Source: a bacterium
GTDB taxonomy: Bacteria; UBP14; UBA6098; JAFGQG01
Direction of reading: 5' to 3'
Length of the DNA: 63,753 bases
NCBI GenBank assembly: GCA_016930435.1
Contig: JAFGGQ010000010.1
Location: 1 to 63,753, forward strand
Below, piece by piece: positions 47,201-53,349 of this stretch (position 1 is its first letter; every line of letters starts with the position of its first letter). A program made the position numbers and the translations under genes. The notes beneath the pieces are model-generated. The model was not told the DNA's origin. It saw only the letters and a list, made by a program, of their open reading frames with translations, and searched no databases.

Positions 47201-49929
47201 CCTTCAACCTTTTCCAGATCCATCCAGTCATCGCCGGGTCCGGTCCAGATAAAGTTACGGCCTTCCCATGGCCGAGAGGGGTAATCAATATAGCTGGGAT
47301 GCCAGGTGCCATCACAACCCCGAACCTTGATATTCATAACCAGCCGGTCATCGGGATCGCTGCCGGTATAAACACCAGCTACGCAGTTATAAAGGTTAGC
47401 AAAATTGCTGTCCACATTAGGGCAATCCAACTGGTCGTAGATATCCACGGTGATAACCTGGAAGGAATCGCTTGAGACCCATTGTCTGGGCGGATAGAAT
47501 GTAGTATCCGGAGCAGTAGGGCCCTTCAGGTCGATTCTAACGATACCCAGGGTATCCGGGCTGTACTGGGTATAGCCGGGACAGGCCAGGGGGCCGGATT
47601 CCAGGGTAACGTGGTTATCGCGGTCATTGTCGGTTCCATAGTTAGGATCCATACCACCGGTTGCGCACCAGGAATCGGAGGGTACCAAATCGGCACGAGG
47701 GGGTAATACTCCATAATATGATTCGTCGGATTGACCGTAATCAGGATCGTCAAATAATGAAGTCAATATTACATAAACTACATCACCGGATTGTAGTTCC
47801 CAGTCGGAACCGAAATCCGGATCATAGAGGAAGAGCTCTTCGAAGTTGACCCACATGGTTGAGCGGTAGTAACATTCACCGTAGCATTCATCGATATAAA
47901 CGCCGCCGGTGATGATATCGTCCTCATCGACGTAGAGAGTTCTGGAGAAAGTAGATTCACAGCAGGCATAGATATCGAACTGCACTATGAAATCGCGTTT
48001 GTTTATACCGGCACCGTCAACGTGTCCGGTGTAGTATAGTCCATGATTTGTGCGGTCGTGAACGCGGTCGTAATCATCATAGACTTCGATTTCAAGGGTA
48101 GGCAGCGAATCAGCGAGCCAGCGGTAATAAACCAGCTCTCTTTCGATGGTCTCACTACGACGGTTGATACCGGAGAATTCTTCGGTGTCGTTGTCATGGC
48201 CATCGGCTTCGGGGCATATCAATTCGGCATTGGGGCCGGAGAGGTCAACACGGAACTGCCAGGTAGTATCTGCATACCATCCCTCTAAAGTGGAATAAGA
48301 GGACCAGGGCCAGTCGGCGTGAGTAGTCCGGTTCCAGGTATTAATGGTCACCCGAACATTAGCGCCATCGATAAAGCAGTTGAGGAAATCATCAGAATCG
48401 CCAGCCATCTGCATTCCGTTTTCAATCACGAAGGAGTCTGTGCAGCAGTGTTCCAGGTTTGTGCAACCTAATGGATAAACCATACATTCCGGCCATGTTC
48501 CCCAACCTACCGGTTCAGTCCAGTTAGTGGGGGAATTCCAGTATCGGTATTTCCATTCCCATCCTGCACTGGGACCGCTGTTGAATTGATCGTAAGGAAG
48601 GGTTGGTTTATTCCGGAAGTATATCCTGGTTTGCAGCCAGGGGTCGTGATATTCAGGGAAGAGAGGGGGGTTAATATATTCAATAATAACCATAACTGAT
48701 TCCACGCAGGTCTGCACATCTCTGATTTTGAAGGAGATGGGCTGAGTGGAGTCAGCGGTAAAGATCATGTCATCGGGGTCATCTTGACAATCGGTATAAG
48801 GACCGTTGGAGAGTACCACGTTTCTGGGATAAAGTTCCCTGATCTGGGGCTTTAATTTATCCCAACCGATAATTTCTTCGGAGCGTGCCCACCGGCCCCT
48901 GTCGGGATCAGAACCCCAGCCAGGTAGGGTGGTATCGGGAATGTCAAAGTTTCGAAGAATGTAGCAGTCGGTATGGGCATCGGCCATAGAAACGGGAGCC
49001 ACTTCAGCGGGGTTAATTTTATAGACAATAAGGTGTTCTTTGGCAACGATGTTAACGTAAAATGTATCCAGGTTGGACATACCTTCGATAACGTATCCAT
49101 CGGTCATACAAGGGACATTAAACCAAAAGTTGTCTCCGATGTCGATCCGCGAGTGGCAACCTTCCGCTCTCAGGATCATCCAGTATCTCAGGAAGGGTAA
49201 TCCATAAGAGGGAATATCCAGCATGTCGCGGTCCATAAGATAACTTTCGAACAGTATGGTAGCCTGCCACCATTTCCATGTGGGATAAGGGTTCGGAATT
49301 CCAACGGGGGCAGAAACTTCGTACCACTGATCGTCTGCATAGATAGTTGTGCAAATTTCGGTTGCGGGATTGCAGAGGGTTACCATATCACGATAAGCTT
49401 CGGGATGGTCACGAAGGTCAATATCGTCAAAAGTATTGACATTGGAGCCAGCAGCCATTCCCTGCTCTTCGTAAAACTGTAGGCCCATCATGGTATGAAT
49501 GTCCGGACCACCCACGTAAGCGGAATCAGGATACCGAGCCTGGGCCCGGGCACGAGATATCGGAAGCAAGTCGTGGTTAGGATCGAAATCCGGGCTACCG
49601 TAAAGGGTTACAGTAACACCGATCCAGTAGTTATCAGAAGCTGTAGAAAGCAGGTCGAATCTCATGAAAGCAGCATCCGAATCGAGTGGGTTAAAATCGT
49701 CAGTGGGGTCCACATACCGGAGATACCTGGAGCTACGAGGAGCACCCCAGGAATCAACTCTGGAGTAATCCGTTGTGTACCAGCCAGGGATTTCATCTCC
49801 GTACACGGACGGGGAATAGGGAGGCATTAGGTTGAAGGTGTTTGCGTACTGCCAAGTAGCAAACGCACTTGTACCCATTAATACCAGACAAGCCAGAATC
49901 AGCATGGATACAATCGTTTTCTTTCCCAT
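41014..49929 (-). CDS. Giant secreted protein (2971 aa) of unknown fold with T9SS sorting domain
   Basis: I start at ATG 49929 behind AAAGGAGAG (the tracked start is 50010). The signal peptide is MGKKTIVSMLILACLVLMGTSAFA. This is a single uninterrupted 8.9-kb ORF, strongly enriched in Asp, Tyr, Trp, Pro and Cys. It ends in a canonical CTD. I see no catalytic motif and no family outside the C-terminal ~300 aa. Confidence 0.85.
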   Translation of the reverse strand: MGKKTIVSMLILACLVLMGTSAFATWQYANTFNLMPPYSPSVYGDEIPGWYTTDYSRVDSWGAPRSSRYLRYVDPTDDFNPLDSDAAFMRFDLLSTASDNYWIGVTVTLYGSPDFDPNHDLLPISRARAQARYPDSAYVGGPDIHTMMGLQFYEEQGMAAGSNVNTFDDIDLRDHPEAYRDMVTLCNPATEICTTIYADDQWYEVSAPVGIPNPYPTWKWWQATILFESYLMDRDMLDIPSYGLPFLRYWMILRAEGCHSRIDIGDNFWFNVPCMTDGYVIEGMSNLDTFYVNIVAKEHLIVYKINPAEVAPVSMADAHTDCYILRNFDIPDTTLPGWGSDPDRGRWARSEEIIGWDKLKPQIRELYPRNVVLSNGPYTDCQDDPDDMIFTADSTQPISFKIRDVQTCVESVMVIIEYINPPLFPEYHDPWLQTRIYFRNKPTLPYDQFNSGPSAGWEWKYRYWNSPTNWTEPVGWGTWPECMVYPLGCTNLEHCCTDSFVIENGMQMAGDSDDFLNCFIDGANVRVTINTWNRTTHADWPWSSYSTLEGWYADTTWQFRVDLSGPNAELICPEADGHDNDTEEFSGINRRSETIERELVYYRWLADSLPTLEIEVYDDYDRVHDRTNHGLYYTGHVDGAGINKRDFIVQFDIYACCESTFSRTLYVDEDDIITGGVYIDECYGECYYRSTMWVNFEELFLYDPDFGSDWELQSGDVVYVILTSLFDDPDYGQSDESYYGVLPPRADLVPSDSWCATGGMDPNYGTDNDRDNHVTLESGPLACPGYTQYSPDTLGIVRIDLKGPTAPDTTFYPPRQWVSSDSFQVITVDIYDQLDCPNVDSNFANLYNCVAGVYTGSDPDDRLVMNIKVRGCDGTWHPSYIDYPSRPWEGRNFIWTGPGDDWMDLEKVEGEWGVRVTFDPYRRFPSNMRFRAGDKICVTVYVWDNAYNDCHPDNFEIECEDESWLVDVFVPGRNHAIDTRDPDFLYPIQRQVARWSFFIDIHAPVLIDAQPGGPCCDPWYFDLKDISDRVGAIWCDEWVAGVEAADIRLIFLDSLHGGNPYNAVPDTICWTNVTYGSWMLGEHVDREQYRYATLDYGGPLGLDPTREARLSLNCWDSMNTECHFFQPGDVVQVEIWAGDGVNVPWYPATEDPFGYGYRWYHLNDTYANTPTTSWRRDIHNYFIGPDSLLHWDSSCYDYWRHIYMDYVNPNWALVYVDTIQIQGETYIQSVDWFNDEAYTDWAMARPYGYPQDLHGMYDYIYALPYPELEGISMIHSRDDYVDKFAKDLNFMWVAMVTCVDSFILECVEDTFHDTLTERAPFVNLELWDAMGDLVWDYTDYYNCHCSPCFLEYYPDRYRCYDYGYFRIGPLDQMHQWLDSYRDYDTTWIGETMVIDTIIGYQHRDSLVVTLGIHVKTPNQFNTPYTTYKEFRWDYIIDMLPPTGRFATLEGLYGYEEVNCIERHADNNAVRVRLENIRDADVGCSGNTTTPMGWNTVWPLPSVVQGSDWLVYEMGTWANAELMLTYNYGTYYLYTNEHLSIYNCAPEEIPGRHHAVGPITMYTGLEYSVEGTTAVLNTLEEDTIFIADTIHAEAIIQDRLGNQCYLYSPQMILDNGLPEVKGLAFSTYQYEECTYDTTYDSLGGMTIEPSCVVVDEFTDWDPRYCWLPWDPGHAQQDSLIGIYNFGDVCTIYVRLWFDDNMDMRAADASYGYIVRFRPEGWTHWFPVIPIETHAGFYPLSDQYVNYDHGIMAPRMFPDEGLGEMGSVSEEAEAMFLDNGWNTDREWIGYMIIAGDGVMDGVATLRVSGFDDNAANIMTTRDFPFRIETNYYYPDICWPAVDSSDRAHTDPWASPPYDDRLVITGRSGELCVWACDTIDPRNYDISSFNYDIAITDSVVWYLYWHDEEWTEIPASAVSAFHYVIDNPRESCQILPAAVYDVLHQYNTQEKYLTVEFRVYSRFYHEEYLDDILLNVMVDNESPCGQVDFDTIAGGDIPPGIGLTIIPKSTDEVRIVLSGDGVSDVDYVLYYYLDLLTGDHYSIYPEGAHLSSGYCSYVPVGAYPSNPYYDPVNDVIIYDWDWTTNGLTPGLYSIKTRGYDLINNQYGECTSEGDCYMTDYETYYQTFSTVMESVLVPYEVLFARGDDFYDATLSTFGDLYPWDEDMCLPDWPGWVNGELDGIVDAFPYLERFPITTFSNPDYTSGPEDPLLHPYVETGGYPGDSLYVMFMDVGADSIRMIIEDEFGGNISGSNLRIELLFTPDDLVMNPCDEMYYYVYNWIVDDMDNRYDGPVRVTVTLYFWNEFYSEHTITNHVSYILLDTYDPYYVTALARTEVGDPLMDCRHDDLPDEKIWVTNADEIDINVYWHETVFDQEESSEGFVDYDPTGRNWSHLRLTIDGQPNPGFNTDDPNDALETRLWHSRVFDGTLPAMGAWIPPAFFDDISYIYTWTVANDVRGNGLTKIKVKGRDVAGNILDYDEAMSSISEGKWVLVDVTYPVVLDEELIYATEVSFSADAGAIYDNFIDAGFYDPVGGGYVYVDLDTNGVFVQRVWVNEDGSITPVVVGFTDGQTVHMTICDLAGNCIEANVVVAPHLTCCVYEFCPGWNFISLPRMLEDATIEANFPADVDIYSMDASGLFVGPLDRDTELDYRLGYVAFSPDYATVTVCGRCVEEWAIPIVAGWNLVGSLCEPIPFVTPDTDPAGIIEPDNVFWYDACIDAYIQVEELTPCAAHLVLAAAPGTLYVPARGRVVHTIMKSAAVKPLWNSPISIEGKGFAKDLTIGVGEGATEGYDRGADRISLPAMPDRPDVSLDQSLLHSVKAPDNVITWDLNVRGEFNLVANDLPEGYTFFLQRDDQRNDLSTPVAITSGTYKLVAVKAIIPDSYTLAQNHPNPFNATTTISFGLPEDANVTLEVYNVLGDKVVTLLNGEETAGFKTVMWNGRDAADNSVATGIYFYQLKTDKFSSIKKMILMK

Positions 49930-50092
49930 AACGCTACTCTCCTTTCGGTTATAGGTTTTATTTTTTCTCCACAAATTCTCGAGGAAACAAAAGAATCTAA
50001 CACTACCCAACTTAACCTCCTTGTAAGTTAAAACTTATATAATCAACCATTATTTCAATTCCGCGTTTAGATACCATTATTAATATAGCGTC

Positions 50093-50121
50093 AATATATT
50101 TATTACACTTATAGTTGTCAA
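50093..50121 (-). promoter_or_regulatory. Candidate sigma70-type promoter for the giant gene
   Basis: The minus strand reads TTGACA (50121..50116), a 17-nt spacer, then TATATT (50098..50093). This implies a ~160-nt AT-rich 5' leader. Confidence 0.4.
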
Positions 50122-50221
50122 GTGTTTTCTGACGCTGCGTAAAATTTCTAACATCAAAAAATTGCTAAATCAAATTTGAACCAAAATTAAATGCCACAGG
50201 TAAAATGTCAACAAAAAATTA

Positions 50222-51778
50222 TTAATATTCTAAAAAAAGATTATCGGATGTTGGCCAAAGCCTTTCAAATCTGAGGTTACAAACGATTTTCACCTCACCG
50301 GAAGTGTTCTTTTCAGAACCCTGGTGAAGGTAATTCCGGATGTCAAACCAGTCCAGACAAAGTGCGATGTCGAGCCCATTCCCAAACCATTTACGAATAT
50401 TTAATGAAAGTCTTTGGCTCGTTTCTACAGTGCCACTGGGAAAATCTTCCTTGTAGTGGTTTTCGGGTTGCAGCCATGGTTCGGACCAGGATTCTTCAAT
50501 AGAGCCCTCCCCCTTTCGGCAGACCTGGTAATTTAATTCCATAGGAAGAGTGGGGCTTATCCAGTATCTGCAAGCAACCCGATAGACCTCGACATCATTT
50601 CCCAAGGGGTAGCCCATGGGCTGGCCGGAGTAGGTCCAGCGGTTCCACACAAACCGCTGATTATAAGTCCAGTTGGACACCCTGTCATATTGTGCTTTCA
50701 GGGTCAAGGGACGGGAAAAAAGGGCGAGTCCGCTTTTCAGCCCTAACACCAGTCCATATTCGGTTGGCTCTTCGTCTTCGGGCGAGCTGCTCTCTATTTG
50801 AAAATCATCAATCATCAACTCTCCGTAGAACACAGTGCTCCGGTATTTTACACCCCAATCCAAACTGAGGATAGTATTGTCATTTGTATTGGCATTAAGC
50901 TGTTCGGCATGATACCAGAAGAGTGGCATTACATAAAGGGGCTCCAGTCCCCTTTGGGGCCCACCGTAAAGGACGAGTTCTGAAAGGCCGATGGAAAAAA
51001 GATTTTGGTAATCGAATCTGATCCGATGTCCGGCGATAAATCTCCGGGCTGAGCTTCCACCGTGTATCTCCGCTAATGAATCTGATAGCTGAATTTGATC
51101 CAGGAATCCGGTGAATGCCATGAACCGGAATTGTTTGGTTCCGGCCTCTGCGCTGATCAAGGGGAAAGGGTCGGACCAGGGATTCAGGGTCAGGCCGGAT
51201 GCCCAGCCCATATAATCCTTGCCGCATTTCAGCCGGAAATATGGGTTGAGGGTAGGTTGATAGACCATCATCACCTGTTGTGAACCTCCCGCAAAACCAT
51301 TCCATTTTTTACCCCGATATTCTGGTTCGTCATAAAGCTCCTGGTCAGCAAAATAACTGGTATAGAGGCTTAAACGCCGATCTTCCCAGCCAGTACCCAA
51401 CTTAACACTGCTATAGAGTTCCCGGGAATCCCGGTTTACCCAGCCCCTGCTCTTCAGTTCGGCTTCCACTCCAAAATGCCGCTGAGAAAAATGCGTATCA
51501 TCGATACCCAGATAATCAAGAATTTGGCTCCGGAAAAACGAGTACCTGGTGTCCTGATAATCCGTTGTAGCTTTAAGAATCTCACGCAATTCATTTTTAC
51601 TGAGGATGGTTTCACCCGGATAAAGACCCGAAGCATGAGGAGAAAGTGCAAATTCATCAAACAGGAGATAAAGAGGGTCTTCAGGTGAAAAAGGGATCCT
51701 TTCCCAGGAATGCAGATTACAATAAATGAATAGTATATATATATATATTATTAATATAAATCTTCTTCTATAAAGCAT
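50222..51778 (-). CDS. Outer-membrane beta-barrel protein, Wzi (capsule-assembly)-like
   Basis: 518 aa with the signal peptide MLYRRRFILIIYIYILFIY. A helical N-terminal segment is followed by many amphipathic beta-strand-like stretches, and the C-terminal residue is aromatic (..NLFLEY). The size and N-terminal pattern remind me of Pfam Caps_assemb_Wzi, but this is unverified. Confidence 0.45.
   Translation of the reverse strand: MLYRRRFILIIYIYILFIYCNLHSWERIPFSPEDPLYLLFDEFALSPHASGLYPGETILSKNELREILKATTDYQDTRYSFFRSQILDYLGIDDTHFSQRHFGVEAELKSRGWVNRDSRELYSSVKLGTGWEDRRLSLYTSYFADQELYDEPEYRGKKWNGFAGGSQQVMMVYQPTLNPYFRLKCGKDYMGWASGLTLNPWSDPFPLISAEAGTKQFRFMAFTGFLDQIQLSDSLAEIHGGSSARRFIAGHRIRFDYQNLFSIGLSELVLYGGPQRGLEPLYVMPLFWYHAEQLNANTNDNTILSLDWGVKYRSTVFYGELMIDDFQIESSSPEDEEPTEYGLVLGLKSGLALFSRPLTLKAQYDRVSNWTYNQRFVWNRWTYSGQPMGYPLGNDVEVYRVACRYWISPTLPMELNYQVCRKGEGSIEESWSEPWLQPENHYKEDFPSGTVETSQRLSLNIRKWFGNGLDIALCLDWFDIRNYLHQGSEKNTSGEVKIVCNLRFERLWPTSDNLFLEY
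51734..51748 (-). repeat. (TA)7 dinucleotide tract inside the signal-peptide coding region of the Wzi-like gene
   Basis: The direct read is tatatatatatatat, which encodes ..IYIYI.. . Confidence 0.9.
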
Positions 51779-51889
51779 TTTATTAGATAATTATTTTAAA
51801 AATCTTATTTGTAATTTAGTTATGTTACATTTAGAGCTAACCCATTTTTTTTTCAACCGGGAATAAAATTATACTTCTGCCGAAAAGAA

Positions 51890-52762
51890 TCAAGTTTTAT
51901 TTTGGGAAAATTGGCAATTACCCAAATATTCCTTCAATGCATCTGTCCAGGGACGATTATCGAATCCGGTTTTCTCTAATTTCCTGCAATTTAGGGCTTC
52001 CAGTGATGGGCGGGGGGCAAGAAGGTTCAAGTCATAACTATTTACAGGAATCAATTCATACCTGGACACCCTTAGGTTGTCGGCAATAACCTGCACCATT
52101 TCAGATCTGGAGACAACACCCTGGTTGGCAAAGTGATAAACGCCGTCAAGGGATCTGGAAAGCATATAATATACAGCTTTGGCCAGGTCTCGGGTGTAGG
52201 TGGGAGTGCCCCGGAGGTCTTTAGCAGCATATATAGGCAGCTTTTTTTCCAGCTTTTCTTTGATCTGCTGTACGAATTTTTTGTCCTTTTCATCCCCCCC
52301 AAAGAACCAGCACGATCTTACTATCAAATATGGGCTGTTCCGGAATACCGTCCGGAGGCAGAGTTCACCCTGGTATTTGCTGTGGCCATAAATATTTACT
52401 GGAGCCGGTTTTGCATCTTCAAAGTAAGGCTCCTTAGATTCCCCGTTAAAAATGCTCCCGGTACTCAAGTAAACCATAAACGCATTATTCTGTTTACAAA
52501 CCTGGCCCACATTAAGGGTTCCCTTAGCATTGACCAAAAGCGCTTCAGAGGGGTGTTCTTCACAGTAATCAACATCGGTCAGGGCAGCCAGATGAATAAC
52601 CACCCGGGGCTGGTATTTGTCAAACACATCCTGAATCCTCGTTTTATCGGTAACGTCCAGAATGTTTTCAGGAGGGGCTATCAGCTTAATGTCGGGCGGA
52701 CATTCTTTGATGAAGGCGGAGGCGGCCATTCCATTACTGCCAGTTAATAGAATTCTCTTCAT
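51890..52762 (-). CDS. RmlD-family NAD(P)-dependent sugar-nucleotide reductase (dTDP-4-dehydrorhamnose reductase-like)
   Basis: 290 aa with ILLTGSNGM, VIHLAALTDVDYCE and PVNIYGHSKYQGE (YxxxK). No rmlA, rmlB or rmlC is nearby, so the substrate is uncertain. Confidence 0.7.
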   Translation of the reverse strand: MKRILLTGSNGMAASAFIKECPPDIKLIAPPENILDVTDKTRIQDVFDKYQPRVVIHLAALTDVDYCEEHPSEALLVNAKGTLNVGQVCKQNNAFMVYLSTGSIFNGESKEPYFEDAKPAPVNIYGHSKYQGELCLRTVFRNSPYLIVRSCWFFGGDEKDKKFVQQIKEKLEKKLPIYAAKDLRGTPTYTRDLAKAVYYMLSRSLDGVYHFANQGVVSRSEMVQVIADNLRVSRYELIPVNSYDLNLLAPRPSLEALNCRKLEKTGFDNRPWTDALKEYLGNCQFSQNKT

Positions 52763-52821
52763 TTAGAATTGAGTTTGAAAATTGGGTCGATGATCGGTTG
52801 TATCAATAGATGGGTAAATAA

Positions 52822-53349
52822 TTAACCATCTTTATCCTTATCAAGGGGTACTGGGTCCATAACCCGCCGGAGCCGCTGGGCGGGAATCGCGCTGACAATC
52901 GTATTTGGGGCAACATTTCGGGTTACATAGCAATGAGCACCCACCAGGGCATTTTCTCCGATTGTAACGCCGCACATGATCGTTGCACTGGTGCCAATTG
53001 AGGCTCCCCTTTTGACCAGGGTGGGGGTGCATACCCAATCCTGCTCCGTTTGCAATTTGCCCCCAACCGTAGCCCGGGGATAACGGTCATTGATAAAGGA
53101 AACATTATGGCCTACAAAAACATCATCCTCTATAGTTACCCCTTCACAGATAAATGTATGACTGGAAATCTTGCAGTTCTTGCCGATTTTAACCCCTTTC
53201 TGAATCTCAACAAATGCTCCTACCTGGCTATTATCGCCGATTTCACAGCCATACAGATTCACAAAATCATAGACCTTTACATCCTTCCCCAGCACAACAT
53301 TATCAGCGATCTTCTGAAATTTCATTCCGGGGAACTCGTATTTGCTCAT
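52822..53349 (-). CDS. Left-handed beta-helix (hexapeptide) sugar N-acetyltransferase, WbpD/WlbB-like
   Basis: 175 aa. Hexapeptide repeats and the segment ..FINDRYPRA..LVKRGASIGTSATIMCGVTIGENALVGA.. parallel the UDP-2-acetamido-3-amino-2,3-dideoxy-glucuronate N-acetyltransferases. Confidence 0.7.
   Translation of the reverse strand: MSKYEFPGMKFQKIADNVVLGKDVKVYDFVNLYGCEIGDNSQVGAFVEIQKGVKIGKNCKISSHTFICEGVTIEDDVFVGHNVSFINDRYPRATVGGKLQTEQDWVCTPTLVKRGASIGTSATIMCGVTIGENALVGAHCYVTRNVAPNTIVSAIPAQRLRRVMDPVPLDKDKDG

Noticed and set aside
41680-49830. Many long plus-strand ORFs inside the giant gene, for example 46666-47475 (269 aa), 43564-44193 (209 aa), 45541-46104 (187 aa) and 42157-42654 (165 aa).
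   Set aside because: They are antisense to one continuous 8.9-kb ORF. The Asp/Tyr/Trp/Gly/Pro-rich, Leu/Ser-poor codon content of the sense strand depletes antisense stop codons. They have no start context and no recognisable motifs.
41014-49929. Could the giant protein be an Rhs/YD-repeat toxin, an RTX or cadherin adhesin, or a polymorphic toxin?
   Set aside because: It has no YDxxGRL-type repeats despite its Tyr/Asp richness, and no GGxGxD nonapeptides. It has no near-identical tandem repeats. The C-terminus is a sorting domain rather than a toxin tip, and no immunity-like small ORF follows it.
49930-50010. N-terminal extensions of tracked ORFs at 49930-50010. The same issue applies at 4378-4434, 9240-9392, 9995-10072, 20926-20958, 22861-22941, 26876-26884, 27828-27914 and 35972-35998.
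   Set aside because: The extensions are non-homologous and often overlap the upstream gene. They lack a Shine-Dalgarno sequence, whereas the internal ATG or GTG has AGGAG-type sites and yields a canonical N-terminus or signal peptide.
27006-50010. Is there a diversity-generating retroelement or another hypervariation mechanism acting on the paralogs?
   Set aside because: I could see no reverse transcriptase and no template/variable repeat pair in the window.
52133-52747. A 204-aa plus-strand ORF.
   Set aside because: It is antisense to the RmlD-family gene, which has Rossmann and YxxxK motifs.
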